Origin: Octopus sinensis | Lineage: Eukaryota | DNA: 64,000 nucleotides | Assembly: GCF_006345805.1 (NCBI RefSeq) | Contig: NC_042997.1 | Coordinates: 88,350,001 to 88,414,000, forward strand | Reading direction: 5' to 3' | Shown: positions 13,284-24,106 of the stretch, piece by piece | Layout: each line of letters begins with the position of its first letter | Position numbering within the stretch: the first letter of the stretch is position 1 | Position numbers and translations under genes: made by a program | Notes under the pieces: generated by a model | Databases searched by the model: none | Told to the model about the DNA's origin: nothing | Seen by the model: the letters and a program-made list of their open reading frames with translations, nothing else

Positions 13284-16200
13284 GAGAGAGAGATTGATAT
13301 ATATTTATGTGTGTGTGTGTCTGTATACACATACTTTTATTTTGTCAAGTATTATATTCCTGGATATGGCATATAACCAGTCAGAAAATTACCATTGGTT
13401 TCACATCTTCTACTGCACTTGGCTTATTAAAGCATGAAACCAGTGGTAACTTTCAGACTGGTTATGTGCCATATCCAGGAATATACTACTTGACAAAATA
13501 AAAGTATAACCTCTCAAATTCTTTTTTAGAGTGTGGTTTTTTCTAACTTATGGACAACTGATCCAGAATATATATAAGTATATTCATGTGTGTATGTGTG
13601 TGAATATACAGGGTGGTCTGAAAATCTTGTTACCTCCTACCAAAAAGTAATGAGAACAATAGAAGAACAAGTAATGCAGTAATCTAAAGCACAAACTGGA
13701 TTTGTTTATTCCCTTTCATTGACACTGTCACACATCGGAAAGGTCTGTATGAACACCATTATTTTCGTGGCACAAAATGATGCAGCACCATGTCGTGTGA
13801 TATTTTTCAAAGCTATTTTGGTGATTGTTGCAAAGGCTCTCCGAACAGCGTCCTTCAACTGATGGGTTTTCTGGTATCATTCATGTGAAATTCTTTCCTT
13901 GATAATACCTTACAGAGCATTATTGTAAGACATGAGGTCTGGACTTCTAGGCAGCCAGTCAACAGGTGCTGGAAGTTGTTGCAATCCTTGCCCTATCCAT
14001 CTATTTCACGGAAACTTCATTTAGGTATTCCTAGACAGTGATAGCATAGTGGAGTGAGGGCACCATCTTGTTGAAACCAACAATCATTCAGCTCAACAGT
14101 CAACTTCTGGAGCTGTGGAACAAACCGTTCTCTTAACATGGCCAAGTAAGATTGCTGGTTAACAGTGCTCTCAAAGAAATAGGGTCCTATCAGATGTTTA
14201 CTTGATATGGCAGCCCAAATCATTACATGTGGGTGGGGGTTGTACTAAAACAAAAAAATAGTGATAATAATGACAAAAATAAACAATATGTAGGGGGTAA
14301 CAAGACTTGGACCACCCTGTACTTTCACCAGTAGCTGTACAAAATATTTGATGAATCTTTTGCAGTCATGTTTTTTAAAGATTTTTCATCATATTTGCAA
14401 TACTTGCAGAATCAGTAGATCATCATGGCAAATATCATGTGGTTGTTTACTTACATCCTTTACCTTCTGAGTTTGAATCCTGAAGATGTTGATTTTCATT
14501 TTTTTTCATTCAACATCAGCAAAATAAATACTGGTCAACTGTACCTCCCTCATCAAATATTTATGGCATTACATCTTAAAGGAGAAGCTTGCTCAGTGAC
14601 ACAACTAAATGGCTAGTGCAAGGTTTCAACTCATATCACCATATTTGCTTTGTAGTCTAGCACATTAACCTTACAGCCATGCTATTTATTGTTCCTCTGA
14701 AATTGCTATTGTACATGAAGTATATTTTCTAAAATATTTTTGTTGTATCTCAGGAGGGTCATTCTATCAATAATCAACATGCACTGATTCAGATTCACTT
14801 CTTTATCATTTCTCAATTCTAATTAATTGTTTGATTAATCAGTCAGTTAATTAATTAATCAATCAGTTATATTTGTCAGTCTTTTCATTGCCATTCACAA
14901 CTTCTAGAGGGAGCATATCTTTGAAGAGGTCACATATGGTAACAGAAAGGCTTTCATAAGCATAACTTAGTAATTGATTAGTCAAAAATCAATTAGTTAA
15001 TTTGTTAAATAGTTAACCAATTGTCAAATAATAAAGAAGTGAAATAGAACCAGTGTGTGTGTTTATTATTGGTATAATGAGCCTCGTAAAATACAGCAGA
15101 ATCTGTTTCAATGAATGGCGTCACAAGAATCTTGCAAACCAAATACAAATGTGAAGAAATATTATTTTAGTCCTTGTATTTACCATTAAGTTATAATGCT
15201 TTTTTACATTTTGTTTGGTGTTTTCATATGTGTATTTTGATAGTGATTTATTTTGCCTATTCTTCCTAGGGAGAAGTCGGTAAAGAGATGTACATAGTAA
15301 ACAATGGGCAGGTGGAAGTAGTTGGAGGTTCAGATAACAACACAGTTTTGGCAACACTTCATGAAGGCAGTGTTTTTGGAGAAATAAGGTAAAAAAAATC
15401 TCTATGTTCTGTGTTTAAATGTGAATGGGTTGACTTTGCCTTTCATTTTTGTAGGTTTGATAAAATAATTACCAGTTGAGCACTAAGCTGATATTATCAA
15501 CTAACCATTCCCCTAAAATTTCACTCCTTGTGCCTATAGTAGAAAGAATTGTTTTGTTGTTCTACTTCTATTACCACCATCCACAAGAAAAATAAGAATA
15601 GTGTTTCACTGAAATATTATTACACTACTGCAATCACTTAAGATTGGGGTCATAGAATAGACAATTGAGGTTTGGTGTCTCTGATGACAGAATATGATCA
15701 TTTCTTTTGGTCAGCCAGTATTAAGTATAAGTCATGGTTGATTGACTCAGAAGAGTAATGGCTCAATCAACCATGACCTATAGTCAATATTTAGACATCT
15801 TATAATCTTTAATAGGTTGTAATTGCCATCAAATAATTCATCTTCTACTATGTCATAGGCAAATCAGCATGAGATCTTTCTGGGTTATTTACCTGGTGGT
15901 TAACACAGGGATGAGAAGTAAACGAAGTGAAATAACATGGCTTTACTAGAAACTGAACATGCAAACACAGACTTGGTTTGCCACTCTACAGCACTGACAC
16001 CGCTTAACACTATACAATAAGAAAGTCATGAATAGTTTAAATCAGACCTGTTTGTTCCTCCCAAATCTACCTTAATTCTTCCCTTAACTCTTGCCACCTG
16101 TCATCTAATTTTTATACACTTTTGCCAATATCCAAAATTATCCTCTTTTTTATTGCTTGTTCTAGCTTGTTGGCGATATCAGGCAGTCGCAGAACAGCTG

Positions 16201-19200
16201 ATGTCCGGTGCAAAGGCTATGTTAATCTGTTCATTCTATCAAAAGCTGATTTCAATGAAACAATGAATGATTACCCAGAAGCACAGAAGCTGTTGAAGAA
16301 ACGGGCCAAGTAAGAAAACCAGATTCTATTGGAAAATGTAGAGGTAGTGTGAACCCATTGTTGTTAAAGTAATTCACTTTTAGATATTACAAGCTAGTGT
16401 TCAAACAAATATGAGTGAAGTGTTGTCTTCACACAGTGTTTTTCTGGTTTGAACTAATCCAAATAAGACCACCAGGTCTTCCTGAAAGACATAATGCTAA
16501 AAGCAAACTGTTATAATTGGATTTTGGATTATTTTCTAGTCAAGGTACATTTTGCTTCCACAGACTGCCTGTTTTACATCATATACTTTTCTTACATCTT
16601 TACGGTGATATAGTTACCAGAAAAAGGCTATCCATTTATTGATTTATATGCTCCAAAACTATGTAAATTTGTGATCAGTTTCTTTCCCATGTTAGCATGG
16701 AAAATAAGCATAAAACAACAAGTGTTTGATCAAAATTATATCATTCATAGAAAACAGAAACACACTTTCATTCCAAGAGTGGAAACCAAAACATTCAGAT
16801 GGTCCTGAGATTCAAATATACCTACCAGGCTGCGTGTGTTCTTAGCAGAGATACTTAACACTCTGTGGCACAGACCACCTAGTATACAAAGTATATTCAA
16901 TATCATAACTGAAACAGAATTGTGAAGCTCACAAAATTTTTCTTGCATTAAAGTGTTGGAATGAGAGCCCCTCTTAGACTACTGGAGAAATGAGAGATGT
17001 TACCAGTAATATTATAGGCATGTACCATCAGTAGAATTGGATTTCACCAATCCAGATTTACAGTCCAATTACAAGACAGTTTCATTTGTATTATATTATT
17101 ATGGTTTCCTGGTGTGTGTCACTTGTCATCCTTACTGTATATAACTCTACTTCAGTTTTCTCATTTACTTTAATCACCCTTCCCAGACTAGCAGACCACT
17201 GAAATTCTCTTCCGTCCACACTATCCTATACATATCAACCTACAGAAGTTAGAACAATCTCACCAGTTCAAGAATTCCTACAAAAACCCTGATCTCTGAA
17301 TCTCTTCTGATTAATTGATACAAACAAAAAGCTCCATATTTTCTTCTCTAGAAACATCAAATTTTGGGGGTTAAATGAAGAGAGGAAGAAATTATGCCAG
17401 AAGTTGTAAGTTTGGTAACAATACTAATAAGACAGTCAGCATAATGCCATGATGAACATTTAAATCTTCCTTATTGTCATAATTTCTAACCTTGTCATTA
17501 TTTTAGAAATTATTGTCATTATCATCATCATAATCATGCTGTTTTACTTTGCTCTAATCTATTGGACAAGCTTTTTAAATATCATCCCTCAAAATTTCTT
17601 GATCTTGTATTATCTTTGAGGCTTAATGTTTTCCAACTCCCTACTCTTTCATATTCAGCTTACTGCTGCTGGCTCAAGGGTACTGGTTGCATTTATTAAT
17701 GTTCATTTAAATTATCTGTTGTCAGACAAATTAGCCAATTATTTTACATAGCATGATCAAAAGTATCTATCAATGGAGCAATCAAACCTTCACTGGCTTA
17801 CCTATGATAACCAATGGAATTCTACTTGCACTTATCAGAGGAGTTAAACTCAACATTGCAAGCCAACAGGGTACAGTTTCTTCTTAAACATGTGAACCAT
17901 TCACTCAGTGGTACCTATTCAAAGCTGGGTGGACTGAGCTGTTGTGAGTTAAATGGCTAAAGACAACATAATACAGGCTACACCACTAGTCATCTAATAT
18001 CACTGGTATAATGCTAGTAATATTAGATGAGTAGGTTTCTCATGTAGATTTATGTCTAAAACAGATTCACTTAAACTTCTTCATTGTTATTTTCTGGATT
18101 TTGTTTTTGTTGTTTCCTTTTGTTTTGTTTTTGTAGGAAGCTTCTTAAAGAAAATGCCCGTTTAGCCAGACAAGAGGCTAAACAGGAATGTGAAGCTATC
18201 ATCAAAAGTCCGAAAGAAACACCAAAATTTTTAAAAACTGTAATGAAGGTAACTATTTACATACCTGCCTTTTATAGTTTTATAAATTTTAATTTTTATT
18301 TCATTTTTCAGATTTAACCTTTTTCATACCAACCCAACTCTGATCACCTCAGATTCTATAATACAAAACTTCTCATTTTTAAAGCAGTCATATTTAAATT
18401 TAAAATTTCCACCATAACTTCATATAGGTATCTTTTAAATCATGTTCCATATACCAGCTCAATAACAATGAAAATATTCACTAAATCACTCAAAATTCTT
18501 AATTATTTTCAAAGTTGATAGGCAGAAATACAATAACAAAAGAATTAAACTTTCTAAATTTTCATTGAAGACTGATTTTACACACTAGCTATTTCTTACT
18601 TTCTTTGTATAAATGTGTGTAGATTTAAATGTATATTCATATTCATGATCTTTTACATTTCCACATATATTCACTAAGAGGGATATAAACATATATGTGC
18701 ATGTGTGTAGCTAATTATTTATTATGCTTTTTGTATAGTAATAGTTTATATCAGACAGTTTATAGTATTGTTCATACAAAAGTTAGAATACTACAAAATA
18801 TTTTAGAGTTTTTATTATCAATTTGCAATTTGGAAATTAAAATTTTACCACATTATTACAATTTTTTCAGTGAGCAGTCATCAGATAACTGGACATTAAG
18901 AAATCTTCCAAAACTTTAATACTAGTTGGATATTATCACAGCTCTATAGAGACTTCTGTGATAAATTTCTTTATGACTTTACCTGCAATAGTTTCATGTT
19001 TGCTCTGCCTGCACTTAAACAACAGTTATTTGAATTTTGTTAAGGATTTTGTAAATCTGAATGGCCAAGAACATTGTATATTTTTCAGGTTATGAATCCT
19101 GAATCTGAACTGATGCAAAAAATTGAGTCTAACCAGGTTAATCTTCCAAGATTATCCAATAGCAACAACAGTTTACAACGAGACCCTCATATTGATCTCT

Positions 19201-22200
19201 CTTCATCAACAGACCGGACATTAAGTGATAATCAAGTCAACTCTTTGTCATCAGGAAGTGTGAGTGAAATATAATTACCAATATTTCATACAAGTTGTTG
19301 ATGCTGATTCATTAATATATGTCTGCTTGCAAGATTATTTTTCTTGAGAACCTTTTAATGTATCTAAATAAATTACCAGAATTATACAGTTTGGTTGAAT
19401 AGCATTTGCTCCGACTCAATAACTCTGAACATTCTTAGTTTGCTATCTATGGATGATATTCTGATTTTATTGAATCTTTCTTTCCTATAACTATATCCTT
19501 CTGAAACTTCTCAGCTGTCACATTTTCCCTCCAGCCATTGGCTTCCAAATGTTGAATCTGAACATCACCTACAATACTCTGACCAAATTATCCCTCTCAC
19601 CCACCTTACTCTAAACAAACTTAAAAAGGCTTTACTTGCAACCCTTTTTGTCAGACTAAAACATAAAAAAAGAATATCTACTGTATTCAAGACATACAGG
19701 TCCAGTTTGAAGGAGTCAAAAAGATCTGGTCTAAAGAGATTAAAAAGGTGTGAAGAAACAAACCCCATCAAAATTAATTTAACTGATCCAGTCAGTCAGA
19801 TCTTTCAAAATGTATAGACTTTGGGATAATATTTTTATTTTATAATCTTTTCCCATTACAAAATTAAACCCAAGAATTGAAATTGCTAAATAAGGTATCA
19901 GACCAATAACTCCCTAGTCTTTAGTTTAGTCTGTAATTACTGTATCATGTCCCTCTGTAAGAGACATTATTCTATCTTTTTTTTTATTCCATATTGTTAC
20001 CATATTTAAGAAATTGTTAATTCAAACAGAAGTTACATGAAAATTTGCTGTTGCCACTGCTGCTATCGGCAGAGGCAGTGTTGGTGATTATTTATCTTCC
20101 ATTCTCTAATTTGTTTTATTCTTTCTCTTCTCCATAGCTGTCTCTTTCAGATATTGCTAATGATTATTGTGTTGAAGACAGTTTGTTTGGTGATGATGAT
20201 GTTTTTGAAGAAGATCTTCTAGATTTGGCAGATGATGTTTCCAGTCCCTCGTCTGACAACAACTCTAATGTATTTCTGGTTAATGTTGAAACCAGCCAAA
20301 GTACTAGTAAGTATTCAGTCTGGAAGTATATGAAAGTGTATTTTGTTGGTGTGAAGAGAGTGAAAGTGTATACTTCAAGCAGTGCTTTTCACTAAATAAA
20401 GAATATTCCTCAGATATACTTTGCCATTATAAGGTCACTTTGTTATAGCATCAGAGATGATTTTCATCTTCATATAGAGTTTTAATGAATAAATTAGCTG
20501 AATGAGAGCCAAATCTTGACCACAATCAAATACATTTGCAAAAACATCATTGAGTTTCAGGAAAGGAAAATGTGAAGTTTTGACATTTAATCTTTATTTC
20601 AAGATTTTGGAATCTCGAAAGTAATGGTTTGACTATGGATCAAAACTGATTCATGAACTCAACTTGCTGGGAACTTCCTGTTGTGGCTGAGTGACAGGGT
20701 ATTGAACTGTCTGTTCATACTTCTTGAGTTTATGTCTACTGCAGGCATTGTAATGTGATTTTGGAAATTATATTTAATTTTAAAAACCCTAATTCACCTA
20801 GCCATTGAGAATAAGGACCAGGTGATGTGTAATATAACATCATTCTAACCAGAAGGCAATTTCTCTTGTCACTTTACCTGCATGAAGCCAGAACCAAACC
20901 TTTCAGTATTATGAGCAGCATTCTTTTTTACTAAACAGTTCAATGTGATATTCTACAACTAACAGAAATAACAACTAAATCTCCTTCATGTCACATCCTA
21001 CTGTCTTTATAAACATTAAATAATATAGTCCAACATATACTTAAAAAAACCAAGTTGATCATAGCTAGAATGCTTTAGATCATATATTTGCTCAGTCAGA
21101 TCAGACCTGGGATTGAACAGCAACAACATTATATTGGTCTTGAAGTACTGTCAAAGGTCGTCAAGCATGTTCTGTTTAAATTTCTGAGATTGAGGACAGT
21201 ACAAAAATTACTAGTAGTGAAAGAAAAGGATTGCAGCTCTGGGAAGGTATGATTAGGTAAAATGTCCAGATTAGTATCTGGTTTGGTGAAACAAAGTTGG
21301 AATGACAAGAGGACAATTGAAGAATGAATCAGGAAACTGACAGTGGAGGTGGTATGTATGTTTGCTTCTACAAAGAAACAGAAACAGTAGTAATGGTTTT
21401 GCAAAAAGAGGGAAGGAAGAGACATCACATATGTGGATGTGTAATTAGAGCATGTTGATGTGTAAGTATTTGCCAATGATTAAAATGAGTTTCTTTCAGG
21501 TGTCAGCTAGAATGTTTGTGTGTGTAGGAATAGCGCTGAGCCAGATATCTGAATAATATTTCAATGTTGCTTACACTTTATTGTTAATTGAGTGTTAGTA
21601 ACTATTCAGAGCTGGATAGTTTTTCTACATCAAGAGGAAGTCTTATCTTTGAGACACAAGCTTGGCAGTGTGATATGAGACCATGGCAAATTGTCAAAGA
21701 TTGTGAGGCCTAACCTTCGTATTGACTTCATAGGATTTAGTTGCATGCTGGTTTTATTGTACTCCCAACATATCTTGATTTTATTTTTGTATATTTATTT
21801 CTCTTTCTTTTCTCGCAGACCAGTCAACAAGCAATCTGTGTTCTCATGTGAGTTCCCAGGGACTTGGTTCTACATCTAACAACAACAACTTGCCTGAAGT
21901 TGAAATTCAAGCTGTTCCAGATAATCTGCACGATTTCTGGCCTGCACCGAACTTAGTAAAATCTTGGTCACACAATTCCATCAATGTAATGAGTCATTTA
22001 TTGAATACAGAACCAAGGAAACGGAAAATTTCTATACATTCAATGAGTAATGATAGTATCCCTAATGCTTTGAAAACATGTTCAAAAATATCTAATATTG
22101 TCCCAGTGAAAGACATAAGCATTCCAGTTGAAAACCGAGTAACATGTGCAGTTGAAGTTCACCAGCAGGAATGTATAAGTAGCCCTGTACAAAAAAGCAT

Positions 22201-22390
22201 CAGCTGTAACCAGCTTTACAAAGATGAAGAATTGTCCACAAAACTACATTTAGTTAATCCATCTAGTCAGGAGACGTTGATTTATGAGAATAACAATCAA
22301 ACACCAGATCTCCTTACACAAATTTATCGCAACAAAGACTCAACGCCTTCACCGAAACAGTCAGAAAGTAGTCAAGAAACAACTTGTTGA
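822..22390 (+). CDS. CNGB: Cyclic nucleotide-gated channel beta subunit (CNGB/TAX-2-like), 5'-truncated by the window; 12 exons, 1959 nt = 652 aa + stop
   Basis: Exons 822-886, 4163-4285, 5061-5202, 7652-7811, 10470-10567, 12714-12797, 15270-15388, 16166-16309, 18137-18248, 19089-19259, 20138-20306, 21819-22390 join in frame through GT-AG introns. Motifs: pore [10 protein letters not shown]6 [16 protein letters not shown]-linker, CNBD FGEISLL..RRTADV. Recalled similarity to TAX-2 ([24 protein letters not shown]). Confidence 0.95.
945..1110 (+). mobile_element. SINE family A (tRNA-like head), 5' part
   Basis: GGCTGTGTGG A-box-like and GAGTTCAGTCCC B-box-like motifs; matches the other family A copies. 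Confidence 0.75.
2275..2440 (+). mobile_element. SINE family A, 5' part
   Basis: GGCTGTGTGATTAAGAAGTTTGCTTCCCAACCACATGG...GGTTCAATCCCACTGC. Confidence 0.75.
3001..3315 (-). mobile_element. SINE family A, reverse orientation, internally deleted
   Basis: Tail TCTTTTACTTGTTTCAGTC and head complement ACCATGTGGTTGGGAAGCAAGC..ACCACACAGCC. Confidence 0.78.
4163..4285 (+). CDS. CNGB: CNGB exon 2: [40 protein letters not shown](A), S5 and turret
   Basis: ttttcag acceptor, gtgagt donor; 123 bp, phase 2/2; YEGIG..RWVY.G.GN is CNGB-typical. Confidence 0.95.
5061..5202 (+). CDS. CNGB: CNGB exon 3: [47 protein letters not shown], pore and S6
   Basis: tcttttccag acceptor, gtaaat donor; 142 bp, phase 2/0. 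Confidence 0.96.
5431..5585. repeat. Compound (CT)n/(CTAT)n microsatellite
   Basis: Direct reading. Confidence 0.95.
5820..6440 (-). mobile_element. Degenerate, internally deleted mariner transposase remnant in a CNGB intron (antisense)
   Basis: Translations [30 protein letters not shown]...[14 protein letters not shown] (N-terminal HTH) and [18 protein letters not shown]...NANLYAQQL (catalytic region); stops and deletion. Confidence 0.85.
7652..7811 (+). CDS. CNGB: CNGB exon 4: [20 protein letters not shown]...[17 protein letters not shown]-linker
   Basis: caacag acceptor, gtatat donor; 160 bp, phase 0/1. Confidence 0.95.
7915..8130 (+). mobile_element. SINE-like family C (LINE-type tail CCATGCCAGCATGGAAAA..GGACGTTAAATGATGATG)
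   Basis: Matches copies at 9605, 24800 and 36810. Confidence 0.7.
9275..9467 (-). mobile_element. SINE family B (tRNA-like head plus GCCTTTCATCCTTTCGGGGTCGATAAAAT-type core)
   Basis: Reverse complement of the B-box GAGTCCAAATTC and core; matches plus copies at 12150, 14400, 15400 and 35855. Confidence 0.75.
9605..9810 (-). mobile_element. SINE-like family C, reverse orientation
   Basis: (CAT)n-CGTTTAACATCCGCTTTC tail; GGATGCCCTTCCTAACGCCAACCA body. Confidence 0.75.
10470..10567 (+). CDS. CNGB: CNGB exon 5: [34 protein letters not shown]-linker
   Basis: atatttcag acceptor, gtctgt donor; 98 bp, phase 1/0; not in the supplied ORF track. Confidence 0.94.
12714..12797 (+). CDS. CNGB: CNGB exon 6: [28 protein letters not shown], start of CNBD
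   Basis: ttttctttaatag acceptor, gttagt donor; 84 bp, phase 0/0. Confidence 0.95.
13609..14319 (-). mobile_element. Internally deleted Tc1/mariner-superfamily element (maT/DD37D-like termini), 711 bp
   Basis: TIRs CAGGGTGGTCTGAAAATCTTGTTACC / GGTAACAAGACTTGGACCACCCTG, TA on both sides; minus-strand fragments [32 protein letters not shown]. Confidence 0.88.
14400..14660 (+). mobile_element. SINE family B
   Basis: GAGTTTGAATCC B-box then GTTGATTTTCATTT..ATAAATACTGG core. Confidence 0.6.
15270..15388 (+). CDS. CNGB: CNGB exon 7: [39 protein letters not shown](S), CNBD beta roll
   Basis: tcttcctag acceptor, gtaaaa donor; 119 bp, phase 0/2. Confidence 0.96.
16166..16309 (+). CDS. CNGB: CNGB exon 8: [47 protein letters not shown](K), phosphate-binding cassette and B/C helices
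   Basis: ttgttctag acceptor, gtaaga donor; 144 bp, phase 2/2. Confidence 0.96.
18137..18248 (+). CDS. CNGB: CNGB exon 9: [37 protein letters not shown]
   Basis: tttttgtag acceptor, gtaact donor; 112 bp, phase 2/0; TPK motif resembles the post-CNBD TPKL segment of CNGB1. Confidence 0.9.
19089..19259 (+). CDS. CNGB: CNGB exon 10: [14 protein letters not shown]...NSLSSGS, Ser/Asn-rich tail
   Basis: tttttcag acceptor, gtgagt donor at 19260; 171 bp, phase 0/0. Confidence 0.82.
20138..20306 (+). CDS. CNGB: CNGB exon 11: [33 protein letters not shown]...ETSQST, acidic tail
   Basis: Long pyrimidine tract ending tccatag, gtaagt donor; 169 bp, phase 0/1. Confidence 0.78.
21819..22390 (+). CDS. CNGB: CNGB terminal exon 12: (N)[16 protein letters not shown]...SESSQETTC*
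   Basis: ctctttcttttctcgcag acceptor; phase 1 continues into the 180-aa open frame of the ORF track; TGA at 22388-22390. Confidence 0.8.
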
Positions 22391-24046
22391 ATTTTTTTTA
22401 TTAACTTTTTTGAGGCAAACACTAAATCGCTTGTAAGATTCTCAGTCTGCATTCTGCACTGGTCATCCCTAGTCACCACAAGGTTTTTTTTTTAATTCTC
22501 AGCCTAAATCATTTGGTAATCTTTAATATTCAGTACTTAATAATCTTTTTCTTAATTATCCCTAATAACAGAAAACTCATAACAACTGTTATTATCCATT
22601 ATCATAAAATATAATTTAGTATTAAATAGTAGCAAGCAAGAAGTAAGCTTCGTGAAGGCTACATATCTTTGATAGCCAGTTGAAGATAATTCATTTTCAT
22701 TGATTATACCTCTGGCTATATCACAAAAGGCCAGTTTGCCGTTACAGTAAATCTGAGGCTTGTACCTAATCACAAGGAATTCAGAATTATATAATATTTT
22801 AAACGTGGCAAGTTGTAGGACATGAAAAATGTCAGATTAGATGACTTTTGTCTTGCTATATAAACTATGATTGGTGAAATATCAATGTTATGCCTTGATC
22901 AACTCAAATTTCCCCTTATGCTTAATCAGAAGAAATTTATGTTATTCAGTATCTCATCTAGGTATTAATATCTATATTAGAGATATAAGATAAAATTCCA
23001 CCATGTTTGTTGTTATATTTCACTGATATTATAGCTAGAATTATTAAGTATTATGTCTATATAATTACATGTATAAAATTCTATATTCATTTGGTTATTA
23101 TACATATATTTAGATGTTTTACTTTGATGATACTTCTTTAAGACAACCATGTCATTTCATATTGAGTATAAAATGTAAAACAAAATTTGAATACATATTA
23201 TATTAGTAGAATTATAAGATTTTCTTAAGAAAATGTTCTAATATTGATTAAAAGAGTGAGAAAAATATTTAAGATATAAGTATTGTATGAAATGTATGAG
23301 AACAAAAGAGATTCACTGCAATTGTACATACACTCACACACACATATATGGTGGCCTCAATAATGTTGGTGCCACAAAAAAATGCACCTGTCAGGAAGGG
23401 TATGCATGACATAGCCCTATCAAATCATTCAACACATGCTGGCATGGAAGGCAGACATAAAATACTGATGTCAATTATATAAATATCATCATTGCTTTAA
23501 CATCCACTTTTCTGCGCTTGTATGGGTAGAATAGAGTTTATTGAGACAGATTTTCTATGGCTAAATGCCCTTCCTGTTATCATCTCTCACCTGTTTTCAA
23601 GCAAGGTGATATTTCCCCCATAGTCAGACATGGTTCCACAGAATGTTCGGAATGAATGACACTGCTTGTATGACAGTGTCACTCATTTACAACTATCATT
23701 CAGTGTCAAGACAATGGTGTATCTAGATTTGGATTCGGCTATGAATATAAGCCTGTAATATATTGGGTTACAAAACCCTTAAGTGGAAAAAAATAAACCA
23801 AAGACTGGGTTCATGTCCTACATGTAACCCTCAGTCTTTTCTCCATCCATGAGGATAACCCAGTACATTACAAAGTATTATTTATAGATGTGTCAGCATC
23901 AAGATTCACCATTAAAATGATTATTTACATAGTTTCTTGAAGTTTCCATATTCTCATAATACAAACACACTGACACACACATCACACATATATACATACA
24001 TATATATTAGTTGTATATATATTTTCATTATTTATGTGTGTGTGTG

Positions 24047-24077
<31 letters not shown>

Positions 24078-24106
24078 ATATATATATACACACACACAAA
24101 CTGGCT

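Noticed and set aside
15689-15720. CTGATGA motif in a CNGB intron
   Set aside because: No stem II and no downstream GAAA
21129-21476. 115-aa minus-strand ORF in the last CNGB intron
   Set aside because: No splice context; at most a faint old LINE remnant, too weak to call
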